Below, one piece after another: positions 19,701 through 28,953 of a DNA stretch of 32,000 nucleotides (position 1 is its first letter; each line of letters begins with the position of its first letter). The position numbers and the translations under genes were made by a program. The notes below the pieces were generated by a model. That model saw nothing but the letters and a program-made list of their open reading frames with translations, was not told the DNA's origin and did not search any database. The stretch is from Nitrosospira multiformis ATCC 25196 (GTDB taxonomy: Bacteria > Pseudomonadota > Gammaproteobacteria > Burkholderiales > Nitrosomonadaceae), in assembly GCF_000196355.1 (NCBI RefSeq), contig NC_007614.1:1050001-1082000 (forward strand), read 5' to 3'.

Positions 19701-22700
19701 CCCACCAAGGCGACCTTGGCTGCGTTGGTGATATGGTCCCCCACCGTTCCGGAATCGGAAGTGACCGCGAGGTCGAACACGGGCTGGATGGGTGCGGCAG
19801 TATCGAGCGTGAAAGCGACATCGATCTGTGCGGAAGCATTTCCTGCCGCATCGAAAGCCTGCAGATGGAGGGTATGACTGCCATCGGTCAATGTCCCGCC
19901 GAAAATGGTTTCCAGCCGCGGAAGATCGAGTACGAACTGACCATTGCTGCTTACATGGCTGATTATCTCCCTGTATTGCGCGACAGGAGTGGCATCGAAG
20001 CCCGCGAGCAGGCTGGTGACCGCCACATTGTCGCTGGCTGTGCCGGAGATGCTTACGCTGGAAGTGATGCCATCCGTTGCGCTGGCACCGGTATCGCCAG
20101 TCAAAGCGGCATTCAGTTGAGGCAGAACGGTATCACCGCCGGCGGGTATCTCGCTGCGCCTGATCGTCTGGCTGAATTCACTGCTGTTACCCGCCCCATC
20201 GGTGGCGCGCGCGGTAAAGTCGTTATCACCGAGTGCAAGGGGGACCTCACTGAACGAGAACGCTCCCTGGCTGTCGGCTACCGTATTGAGGGCTGCTTCG
20301 ACCAGATCGACACGTGCACCGGGCGAAGTGGAGCCCGTCAGAACCACGGTGTCGTTAGTCGTTGTATTGTCCCCGAGCGTGCCTGTGTCCGACTCGGGCG
20401 CGAGCCCAAGCGTCGGGGTCGACGGGGCGGCCGTGTCCAGAACGAATTGCAGTTCGAGACTCCGCGTGTTTCCGGCTCCATCCCGAGCAATGAGGTGCAG
20501 GTTATGCGCTCCATCAGCCAGCGGTGCGCCATTGATTGCCGCCAGTTGCGCCGAAGTAAGGTTGAACGTGCCATCCGTTTGAACGCTGTCGAGGATTTCC
20601 TGGTATTGCTCTGGCGGCATGGCATCAAAACCTGCCAGGAGACTGGTTAACCCGACATTGTCGCTGACCGTGCCGATAATGCTTCCGTTGGAAGTGATGC
20701 CGTCGGTTGCGCTGAAACCGGTGTCGTTGACCAGCGCCGCGTTCAGTTGTGGCAGGACAGTGTCCCCGCCGCTGGGTATTTCGGTGCGTGTGATCTTCTG
20801 GCTGAACTCACTACTGTTACCCGCCACATCGGTAGCTCGCACGGTAAAGTCGTTATCACCCAGTGTGAGCGCTACCCCGGTAAAGCTGAACGCACCTTGA
20901 CTGTCCGCTACTGTGTTGAGGGCAGCCTGGACCAGATCGACACGTGCACCGGGCGAAGTGGAGCCCGTCAGAACCACGATCTCGTTAGTCGTTGTATTGT
21001 CCCCGACGGTGCCCGTATCCGACTGCTGCGCTAGAGCGAGCGTCGGTACCGATGGAGCAGTCGTGTCGACCGTCAACTGCAGAGCGGGAGACGCACTGCT
21101 GACGTTGCCAGCCAGGTCTTCCGCTGTTGCGTTCAACGTATAGGCGCCGTCAACCAGTTTATCCAGCTGGTACTGAGTCTCAGGCCCCGACCTGATCCCG
21201 GCAACCAGTAATGCGCCCATATAAAGCCTGATGGCGGTTTCCGCTTCCGCGCTGACGTCGATCCTGGGGGCGTTGATGTTGGTAACGTTGTCATCGTTTG
21301 CGCTTCCGCTATCATCTCCTGCCGCAAGATGGACGCTGGGTGAACCAGGTGCGGTAGTATCGAGAATGAATCGGAGATCGAAACCCTGCGTGTTTCCAGC
21401 TTTGTCTGTGGCGACAAGATGCAACGTGTGCTCGCCGTCAGTCAGCGCCGACCCGTTGATGACAGCCAGTTGGGCGGCGGTAAGAGTGAGTGTGCCATCC
21501 GCCTGCACATCGCTGAGGATTTCGGAATACGGGGCGAGGAGTGCATCATCAAAGCCAGCCTTGAGCGATGCAATACCATTGGCATCCGTAATCAGTCCTT
21601 CAATCGTGGCATCGAATGTTACATGGTCATCAGCACTGCGTCCGGTATCATTTGAAAGCGCTGCCTTTACGCTGGGCTTCGTGGTATCGATTGTGGATGT
21701 GGCCAGTTGCGGCAGGGTCGATGGCGAGACAGACAGGCCCTCGATCTTCACTAGGCTGGGAAAAGAGCCCGCAATGATGTTCGAAGATGAGCTCAGGCTG
21801 CCGCCAATGATGATTTCCTGGATTCTGCTCGCCGTGCCGCCAGTCACGACATCGTTGCCATCATCGAATATTCCGTTGCCCGGGTCGATGCCGACCCAGA
21901 CATGGGAGTCGATGACAGAGCCGGTAACACGGAGCCGGCCAAGCAAGCCTGAGGCAAACTGATCCGCAGCACTTCCTGTGCCTCCGAGCCCACCATCGCT
22001 CCCCAGGTTTGCACCCACGATAATGCGCGCCTGCTCCAGGTTACCACCCACCTGTAGCATCTGCAGGGATGGTGTGGAAAGCTGGCCGCTGGCGGTGCCC
22101 CTGGTGGAGAATAAAGATAAAGGAGCTGCAAACGCAGCTTTCCATGATGCGTCCGTTGACTGCGCGACTATCTGGCCTGCACGACCCAGCACTATCCATG
22201 AGCCACCACTGATGGCGCCGCCAATCTGGGCATTGACAAGGGTATAAGAGGTGGCCGGGGCGCCGGACAAGTTGATATCCGCGGAGAACTCTCCAGTGGC
22301 AGTCAGCGTACCCAAAGAAGGTCCATTGATGGATGCGGGGGCAGAACCAGACGCAAGCCATTCCTGTACCGCCACCGTATTGATTGGCGTTGCACTGGTC
22401 AGTACCAGTGAGCGTACACTTCCTGCGCTGAACGCCATGCCGGACCCCGTCCCTTGCACCAGCAACGATGAGGTTCCCTTCACGTCGCCTAGCGTAATGT
22501 TCTGAATACTGCCTGAAATGCGGGCGGTTCCCAGTAAATCCAGGTTCGATGCAAGAATGGACTTGATATTACCGTCGACTGCCAAGCCGGTCAGAAGTGA
22601 ATGACTCCCGCTGGTGGTGACGGTCAACGCGCTTGTGGTATCGGTAGAAAAGAGCGACAAGGCAAGGCCCGCTCCGGATCTCGTTACCTCGCCCCATCCG

Positions 22701-23355
22701 GGGCCACTCAGGGAGAAAGTGACGGCTGTGCCATTTGTATCATTGACGCTCAGCGATGTCGGCAATGCATGACCTGGAACCTGGCCGAACTGCCGCGCGA
22801 TATTCAGGGCTCTCTCCGCCAGGAAAATGTTATTGTTTTCATCTTCTTCCGCAATTTCCTGATCTGGATCGGCCGAAGCGATGAGTTGATAGCTGCCTAT
22901 ATCGAGGGCGCCGACTGAAACAGGGACATCGAGTGTCGTGGATGTCCCAGGCAATAATTCCGGGGAAGAACTGGTTGCGGTACCGATCAGGGTATCGCCA
23001 GCATCCAGTTGTGAATCGGATGAGGCGAAGAGTTTTACGGTAACGGGTGTGGCGGGTGCATCGCCCTGGTTGGTAATGAGCACCGAGATTGAGGCGGGCT
23101 CCGTAGGAAGGAAATCGCGGTCAAGCGAAGATGAGTCAATTGAACCGATGAGATCGGCACTCAGCAGCAATCTCGGCTCAAGCGCTTCAATCACCAACCG
23201 CTTGTGCTGTGGAATATGATGGGAATCTTCGGGCGTACTATCCTGCACGCCTGTCCTGCGCAACAAACTATCGAGTAGCTGGCTAGCACGGTTATTATTC
23301 AATTGCTTACGCTGGTCCAGACGTGCACGCTGATTCTTGGATTTTTTTGCCACGA
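7739..23355 (-). CDS. Giant LEPR-XLL multidomain repeat protein (~5,204 aa): CARDB, bacterial Ig-like, haloperoxidase/PAP2-like, Ca-binding, beta-propeller and IPT/TIG-like modules
   Basis: Single uninterrupted ORF of 5,216 codons in the track. The motif LVIEALEPRLLLSADL lies near the N-terminus. Start revised to GTG at 23355 (AAGGGG-N7-GTG, MAKKSKNQRARLDQ...). The in-track ATG at 23389 lacks comparable support. Confidence 0.93.
7755..9309 (-). repeat. 1,555-bp near-perfect intragenic repeat, C-terminal copy (pair with 11802-13356)
   Basis: Matches 11802-13356 at a constant offset of 4047 bp. Both copies carry the same internal antisense ORFs (8069..8908 and 12116..12955 translate identically). 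One difference found: G at 8455 vs A at 12502 (Pro vs Ser). Confidence 0.95.
11802..13356 (-). repeat. 1,555-bp near-perfect intragenic repeat, upstream copy (pair with 7755-9309)
   Basis: See the paired feature. Encodes IPT/TIG-like units plus an NHL/SMP-30-like propeller (LLGDVAVDPVTGALWVSDNSNPGHILRIDEASG...). Confidence 0.95.
14300..15250 (-). other. LVIVD-type beta-propeller-like repeats in the giant protein
   Basis: Repeated units of the type LAVVDVSRFTKPTLLAEL, GLHIIDVSNPVLPVLRQ, LAYIAVGDSVAAVDLN, YSTVDVSDPADLKLISS, GLAFVADGAAGLQIVNY. Approximate boundaries. Confidence 0.7.
15270..15415 (-). other. Ca-binding Asp-rich segment (thrombospondin type 3 / EF-hand-like)
   Basis: DLDSDSLPDVAEKIIGTNLLDRDTDGDGILDFSELLQGLNPLGG. 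Confidence 0.75.
18340..19515 (-). other. Vanadium-dependent haloperoxidase / PAP2-superfamily-like domain inside the giant protein
   Basis: Order and spacing of motifs: YGLWRPETAI ... PAHPEYVSGHSTFSAAAAGIL ... SRVYGGIHYEFTNQAGQTLG. These match the K/R-x-RP, SGH and R..GGIH active-site pattern of the haloperoxidase/PAP2 family. Approximate boundaries. Confidence 0.82.
19516..21700 (-). repeat. Array of bacterial Ig-like repeats in the giant protein
   Basis: Recurring LNAAL(V/T)(N/G)DTG.SATDGITS...SDNV..TSLLAGFDA...LxLxAxDxAGN and VxLTGSTSPGARVDLVxAALNTVADSQGAFSF units, visible in both protein and DNA. Approximate boundaries. Confidence 0.85.
22820..23190 (-). other. CARDB-like domain in the giant protein
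   Basis: PTEPASISVLITNQGDAPATPVTVKLFASSDSQLDAGDTLIGTA...GSYQLIASADPDQEIAEEDENNNIF is a typical CARDB pattern. Approximate boundaries. Confidence 0.75.
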
Positions 23356-23449
23356 ATATTCCCCTTAGTAGCGTATTATTTGGCGTCACCCCTGCGGGCG
23401 CCGATTGGCTCGCTGTTTTGCGATATCCGCGAGTAATTTCCTGTGATTT

Positions 23450-23995
23450 TTACCTCTTTTGATACTTTCTGCGGCCCATGACAAAAGCAGCCAGGCCAGC
23501 ACCGATCAGGAACAAACTTCCAGGTTCAGGAAGCGGATTGCCTGGATCGATGGCTGCTGGCATAGTTGCGCTGATCGCAACAACATTAAAACTATCATCG
23601 AATATTTCATATGATTGTGAGCCCGGAGTGCCAGAGCCGGTCCAATCAAAGCTCACTATAAAATCAGCGGGCAATGCGCCAGTTCCATCAGTTGATGCCG
23701 AGAAAATGCCGTCAGCAGCAAATATGAGATCTGGACCTATGGTGTAGGCGAACCATCCGGAGGGTACAGATTCGGCGGCGAGCCCGACGAAGTCTGTGGG
23801 AGCGAACAATACATTGAAACCTTCAAACGCAGTCAGTGAACCCGTGACGTGATAAGTAACTTGCCAGCGATCGGTTCCGGGTGTGCTATCCGTAAGGTCG
23901 AACATTGTATAAGTCACCGTCAACGCCGCCGCACCTGCGTTTTGGATTGCAAAGACCAATATGCCTGCAGCAATTAATTGCCTTAAAAGTTTCAC
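23450..23995 (-). CDS. Small PEP-CTERM protein (~181 aa from GTG start)
   Basis: N-terminal signal peptide (MKLLRQLIAAGILVFAIQNAGAAA). C-terminal PEPGSLFLIGAGLAAFVMGRRKYQKR is a canonical PEP-CTERM sorting signal. Start revised from 24076 to GTG 23995, preceded by GAGGTGA-N5. Confidence 0.88.
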   Translation of the reverse strand: MKLLRQLIAAGILVFAIQNAGAAALTVTYTMFDLTDSTPGTDRWQVTYHVTGSLTAFEGFNVLFAPTDFVGLAAESVPSGWFAYTIGPDLIFAADGIFSASTDGTGALPADFIVSFDWTGSGTPGSQSYEIFDDSFNVVAISATMPAAIDPGNPLPEPGSLFLIGAGLAAFVMGRRKYQKR

Positions 23996-24391
23996 GAATA
24001 TCACCTCATTTTTATTATTGTGCCCCGGGAGCGTGAAAACCCTTGACGAGGTTTTCCGTCTTATCCTTACCTGCAATTAACCATCATTACTGGACAACGT
24101 GGTTGGAAACAGAGTGTTTTGCGGTGGAGGGAGATACAGCAAAATCGATAATGCAGGGAGCTGCCTTCCTTGCATCCACTTTAGAAAACTCACAAGCTCA
24201 AGCACTAGCATAAAGTATGCCAAATTATTGATTATGAATTCATTCATGGAGTTGCGATAAAGGAGGGAGAAGTCTTGATGATAAGTGTAAAAATTATCGA
24301 CATTTACCAGAAACAATATCGCCCAGAGTGTGAGTTAAAATAATTTGAATGCCGTCATCACCATGCGAACCAAACAAATGGCAATATAATA

Positions 24392-24760
24392 ATGGGCGCT
24401 TTTCTTGCGATCCTGTTGCTTACCTTGAGTGCCGAAGCCTCTGCTCAGGCTGATGAATTCGAGCATGCGAGGCAGGATCGACAAAAACATGAGCAAATAC
24501 TCGAACGTCAGCGACAACAACGCCAGAAAGATTCCCGACAGCACCAGCAGTTCCAGCAGCAGCAACTGCAGCGACAGCAACAGGAACATCAGCGTCAGCA
24601 GCAACTGCGGGGGCGGCAGGAGCAGATTCGGCGCCAGCAGGACTTACAGTTTGAGCGGCAGGAGAAACAGCGGAGCGAGCAGGAAAAAACTTTCCAGCAG
24701 TGGCAAAGGGAGTATCGACAGCGACAACAACAGCGGCAGCAATATCAACCGCAATATTGA
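24392..24760 (+). CDS. Small exported Gln/Arg-rich protein (122 aa)
   Basis: MGAFLAILLLTLSAEASAQADEF signal-like N-terminus, then an almost continuous Q/R/E-rich tract (RQQQEHQRQQQLRGRQEQIRRQQ...). No strong RBS is visible. Confidence 0.5.
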   Translation: MGAFLAILLLTLSAEASAQADEFEHARQDRQKHEQILERQRQQRQKDSRQHQQFQQQQLQRQQQEHQRQQQLRGRQEQIRRQQDLQFERQEKQRSEQEKTFQQWQREYRQRQQQRQQYQPQY

Positions 24761-25173
24761 ATGGCCGCGTCGATTGAACAGGTCCGCTAGAAGAGTTCTT
24801 CCCGAATTGGGACTACCACAAACAGGATCAGCTTACAGAGAGGTGCCGCAATTTCAACAATGAGGCGATTCAACTTCTCCGTCACGCGTTGCCATCTCAG
24901 TCAGTCTCGGCTCCGAGGCTTTGTTGCCGAAAGGGCTATATCAGGGGCTATAGTTGGGGCGAGCAGCGGGTCCTGACGCGTAGATCGGTAGAGGTCTTTC
25001 CGCCATACGCGCTACTCAGCGCTGGAAGACCTTCACCGGATGAATAGCCACAATCCATTTACGCAGGACGTTCAGCTCTGAGCTTCATGTGCAGCACTCT
25101 CTCCTCATGCCGTAGTACCATTTCCGCATCTCCGACCTCCGGTGATCCAATGAAGGACCAGATCGATCTCGAC

Positions 25174-25199
25174 GATCAGGAGTCTTGATCAGGAGTCTT
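25174..25199. repeat. Perfect 13-bp tandem duplication (GATCAGGAGTCTT x2)
   Basis: Copies at 25174-25186 and 25187-25199. Confidence 0.8.
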
Positions 25200-25594
25200 T
25201 CGTATACAAATATACCTTGCATCTCCGAGTGGATTATATAAATCAACATAACACCCCCCTTCCCAATTTCGCGCCCATCATTTTTTGCCTAAGCGCTCGG
25301 GTTCCAGGCAAAAAGCCCTTGAGTTTTGACCCCCCATCCCCCTGCAACAGCTCTTCTCCTGGCCTCTATTCCCCCTTAATAATTTATATATATAGAGGGC
25401 GAAAATAAGTGAAATAAGTCAAGAAAGGCGTGGCTATTGGGTTTGAGCCATATATTTAAGGGTAAGAAAAGGTAATTAAGTATGAAGTCGGCAAGTATTT
25501 ACTCTGTTTAACTTGCCCTCTTATCCTTTTTTTACTCTTTTCTTCCCCTTAATTGCCACCTCAATACCGCGCGGGCTGGCTTTTCTACCTTTTC

Positions 25595-28051
25595 TTACTT
25601 TTTTTCGTAAGGGAAATATCGGGTTGCCGGTCGTCCGCCGGTTTGTTCCTGTTCCTGTTCAATCAATGGCGGTGCCAGATTCAACAGAGTTTTCAGCGCG
25701 TTGTCCACCTGCTTCCTTCGACTGTTTGGCCAGTGCTTTCGCAGGTTCGTTAGCGTGATGCCAGGATTTCTTGTAACGATAACCAGCACTTCAGCCTCGA
25801 AGGGATCCAGTCCGCTTTCATCATCTCTACAGTTAAAGACATAAGTTACGCTTGAATTCCAGTATTCCACCCAGGCAATAGCAGCATGAAGATCTCTTGG
25901 CTCAATGATGAGGCGTTTGTCCATTGCAGCAAAAACCATTGCAAGCATTCGCGCATACATCTCTGATCTGGCCAGCAAGCTTCCTGCCTTGCCCTCGCGA
26001 TCTCGCGTTATGGTTTCGTATTGCTCCACCCATAAGTCGCGAGCAGCATCACTGAAGGTAACCTCATACAGATTATCGTCGTGCAGATTCCCATGGGTCA
26101 CACCCATAATGGCGTCGGTTACCCGCTGCGCCAACTCTTCAATCTTCGCCTCTGGAGTTGGAAGAGGCAAGGCAACTAGCTTGGGGCGATACACGTGGAG
26201 AATCATGAACCGGTTCAACAGTCCGTTTGCCACATCGTTTGCAGTCGCCTTCTCGCGCAGTTCGTGGCTGGTAATGTGCCCTAGAATCGAGACATGAGGC
26301 CGCGTTGCCCGCGTAGGGTTGGTTTTGGTAAGCGGTTCGATGTCGCGGCCATCAAACAGATTGCGGATAGTGGCAGACAAGGTATTGTTGTCGCGCCGCA
26401 GCTGGGAGAGGACATTATCAAATTCACTCTCGATAGCCAGTAGACGCTTGTCGGTCACACCCGGGTCGCCGCCCCTGCCTTTTTCATCCGCCTCAATTGG
26501 ATCACGAATGGCCCAGGCAATACCTTCCCCTGTGGAGAGACCGCCCGTATGGCAGCGTAGGCTTTCCTCAACCTCTCGCTGTTCATTGATCAGCGCATTA
26601 GCGCGCCTGAAGATCTTGCGTACAGTCGATTCTGCCGTACCCTTGCGCGCCTTTCCGCTTTTGCCCACGATAAGTGGGAAGGGCCTGCAATGGATTACCG
26701 CATCGCCTATAGACTGGAATAATGCTCGGCCCGTCATTGCGCTGAAGTAGGCCACGGCATTTGCAGCAACCGCCACCCAATGGGCTTCGCTGTTAGCGCA
26801 AGCCACCTCGACTATGTCATGGATGAGCGGAGGAAAGCCTATTTCCGGCATCTTGGGCGGGGCAAGTGGAGCGTCACATTCCCCAGCCAGGAGCGCATCC
26901 TCCTGCTTGATTGCTTCCGGTTGCTCCCACTTGCCCGACTTAAACGTCCTACTCACTTCTATTGTCTTCGCTATTTCTGATGTCTCAGCGTCGGTTGCAG
27001 CCTCCGTATCTGTCTGGGACCGGAGGTTAATGGGTAAACCATCCAAGCCGACCTGATCACCTGCTGGAACAAGGGCTTGATGTGACATGAGGTGAGGAGT
27101 GAGCTGAGGATCTGAAACAGGCCGGGGTGGATCACCTACCTTCCTTGCTGCAGCGATGGCTTGATTTACCATGCCCTTCCCCGATAGCACATGCAGATCA
27201 TTGAAGTCGGTCGGCCTAGTACTCATATCACGCTCAGCAAAATCAGGGACAGCCAATAGTCCGCCGACGGTAAGAGCCGCCTCCGTAGCCTTGGTCAGGC
27301 CCGGGTTACCCTCGGTCCACTGATCATTATCACTACATACGATGAGAGTTGCCTCCTTAAACCGTTGCCGCATTGTCTGCACCACTAACGTGAGATTGCC
27401 TGCGTTGAACGCGACGGCGACAGCATGACCTGTCGCCTCATGTATGCTGCAACCCGTGGCATACCCTTCGGCAATGCAAATCACATCGGCAGGATCGCCT
27501 AGGACACAGCAGCCCCCGCTGATTTCACCTCCACTTAAGAATCGTTTAGTGCCGTCCTCCTCGATGAATTGGAGGCTTGTAAGCTTATCGGCTACGTAAA
27601 CCGGAACAAGTAGCTGATTATCGTGCTGCCTGATGCCACCACACGGCTTGATACATTTCCTGAGCAGGTAAGAATGGTCAGTCCTTGCCTCTTTCGCGCC
27701 CGCGTAAATTTCGGCTGCCCGCCTTGCAGCGGCTACCTGAAGCTGACGCCGTTCTTCAGCTATTTCCTCTCGGGCCTTCTTTAATGCCTCCTCGCGTGCT
27801 CTACGCTCGGGAGGTGATAAGCTCTTCTCATCTTTGGCGTTCCAGATAATCTGCGTTCCCGATTTAAAATCGCCAAACACCGCGCTGTTCCCGTCGGGAA
27901 AAAGCTTGGCGTAACCGCTGGTATTGCCATTGGCCTCGTTGCCGAGTGGAAAGCGGAGGAACCCGCTTCCGCTCAGCTTCAGCGGTTCTGGTCTGTACTG
28001 ATGTCGGTGCATGAATTCGACCAAATCGGGGGGTAGAAATGTTCTGATCAT
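25595..28051 (-). CDS. Phage/plasmid-type primase-helicase, Toprim + DUF3987-like (818 aa)
   Basis: Toprim-like region (DVICIAEGYATGCSIHEATGHAVAVAFNAGNL...LIVCSDNDQW) followed by a DUF3987-like ATPase region (FPLIVGKSGKARKGTAESTVRKIF...LAIESEFDNVLSQLRRDNNTLSATIRNLFDG). Shares a 4-bp ATGA overlap with the upstream gene. Confidence 0.85.
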   Translation of the reverse strand: MIRTFLPPDLVEFMHRHQYRPEPLKLSGSGFLRFPLGNEANGNTSGYAKLFPDGNSAVFGDFKSGTQIIWNAKDEKSLSPPERRAREEALKKAREEIAEERRQLQVAAARRAAEIYAGAKEARTDHSYLLRKCIKPCGGIRQHDNQLLVPVYVADKLTSLQFIEEDGTKRFLSGGEISGGCCVLGDPADVICIAEGYATGCSIHEATGHAVAVAFNAGNLTLVVQTMRQRFKEATLIVCSDNDQWTEGNPGLTKATEAALTVGGLLAVPDFAERDMSTRPTDFNDLHVLSGKGMVNQAIAAARKVGDPPRPVSDPQLTPHLMSHQALVPAGDQVGLDGLPINLRSQTDTEAATDAETSEIAKTIEVSRTFKSGKWEQPEAIKQEDALLAGECDAPLAPPKMPEIGFPPLIHDIVEVACANSEAHWVAVAANAVAYFSAMTGRALFQSIGDAVIHCRPFPLIVGKSGKARKGTAESTVRKIFRRANALINEQREVEESLRCHTGGLSTGEGIAWAIRDPIEADEKGRGGDPGVTDKRLLAIESEFDNVLSQLRRDNNTLSATIRNLFDGRDIEPLTKTNPTRATRPHVSILGHITSHELREKATANDVANGLLNRFMILHVYRPKLVALPLPTPEAKIEELAQRVTDAIMGVTHGNLHDDNLYEVTFSDAARDLWVEQYETITRDREGKAGSLLARSEMYARMLAMVFAAMDKRLIIEPRDLHAAIAWVEYWNSSVTYVFNCRDDESGLDPFEAEVLVIVTRNPGITLTNLRKHWPNSRRKQVDNALKTLLNLAPPLIEQEQEQTGGRPATRYFPYEKK

Positions 28052-28344
28052 GACACCTCCTTTGCCAGAAATTCCCGAACAGCAGCTAACACTGCCCTTT
28101 GTCTTCGTCCCCCGCGACGATGTTTAGCTGCACAACCTTGGCATAGTTGGCAGAGATGCAGGATTGGTAAACGCAGGCCGTCCGGTGCAACATGCAATTC
28201 TGCAGCTGGCTGAAAAAGCGGTGTGAAAGGTTTGTGGCAGGATGCGCAGCATGTGTATTTGGCGATCGTGACTGGCAACTGATGCTTTTCCTCCAGCAGC
28301 TGAAGAAGTCTTTTTCCCTGTGGCACTTCAACGAAGTCATCCAT
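28048..28344 (-). CDS. Small Cys-rich putative zinc-binding protein (98 aa)
   Basis: CCASCHKPF ... CQLCQGCAAKHRRGG. Stop overlaps the primase start (ATGA). Confidence 0.55.
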   Translation of the reverse strand: MDDFVEVPQGKRLLQLLEEKHQLPVTIAKYTCCASCHKPFTPLFQPAAELHVAPDGLRLPILHLCQLCQGCAAKHRRGGRRQRAVLAAVREFLAKEVS

Positions 28345-28480
28345 TAACAGTCCTCCAAAATTGATTAGTAACGTTTAATTGAGTATTGCTATTAGGGAAC
28401 ATCGAATCGGGTAAGCCCCAGAAACGAGAAAGCGCCAGAGGTGGGGCCTGCCTGGCGCCTGAAAGAGGGTAAAAGTGCGC

Positions 28481-28711
28481 TCATTTCGCCCCCTTTCCTG
28501 GATTAGCAGGTGGGCGACTTGCTATCCAGGCGTGTATTTCATCGCTGCGCCATCCAACTGCTGAGCCCGACAGCTTTACCCTGCCAGGGAAAAGGCCCAG
28601 CGCTTCCAGCCGATAAATGGACGAACGCGACAGCCCGGTGAGTCCCTTTACCCTAGGGATCCGGTAAATCTCATACCATGGAGCTGCGTCAGGAAGATTT
28701 TTGGTTTTCAT
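28481..28711 (-). CDS. AlpA-like phage/island regulator (76 aa)
   Basis: YRIPRVKGLTGLSRSSIYRLEALGLFPGRVKLSGSAVGWRSDEIHAWIASRP, a typical AlpA-family winged/MerR-like HTH pattern. Confidence 0.85.
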   Translation of the reverse strand: MKTKNLPDAAPWYEIYRIPRVKGLTGLSRSSIYRLEALGLFPGRVKLSGSAVGWRSDEIHAWIASRPPANPGKGAK

Positions 28712-28782
28712 GATTCTCCTTCATGGGTTGGAATAAACCCCAATGGGACACATTGGGTGTGAAGGAGAATTTACAGAGGAGC

Positions 28783-28809
28783 ATTCACGGTTTAGCGGAA
28801 ACCGTGAAT
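28783..28809. repeat. Perfect 11-bp inverted repeat with 5-nt spacer
   Basis: ATTCACGGTTT-AGCGG-AAACCGTGAAT, ~70 bp upstream of the AlpA-like start. Confidence 0.85.
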
Positions 28810-28920
28810 CTGCAAGGCAAGTTTTTTTGTTTCGTTAAATTTTTTTAAGGAAGAAGTGGCAAGGTATTAGCCGTGGAAGGCCGAGATTCCGTCGATGAAT
28901 TAGAACCTCGCTTTTATTTG

Positions 28921-28953
28921 ACCCCTTTTGGTCTGAGCTAAACCAGAAGGGGT
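28921..28953. repeat. 12-bp stem inverted repeat (one G:T position), 9-nt loop, at the 3' end of the 300-aa gene
   Basis: ACCCCTTTTGGT-CTGAGCTAA-ACCAGAAGGGGT abuts the stop of the 28953..29855 ORF. There is no T-tract on the minus strand after it, so a rho-independent terminator is not clearly supported. Confidence 0.7.

Noticed and set aside
24077-24316. 79-aa minus-strand ORF upstream of the PEP-CTERM gene
   Set aside because: AT-rich intergenic sequence with no RBS and no recognisable features. More likely promoter or spacer DNA.
24335-24604. 89-aa Leu-rich minus-strand ORF
   Set aside because: It is the complement of the Gln-codon-rich tract, so its Leu-rich composition is an artefact.
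28086-28340. 84-aa minus-strand ORF nested in 28048..28344
   Set aside because: Alternative frame of the 98-aa ORF. The 98-aa ORF has CxxC motifs and an ATGA overlap with the primase gene.
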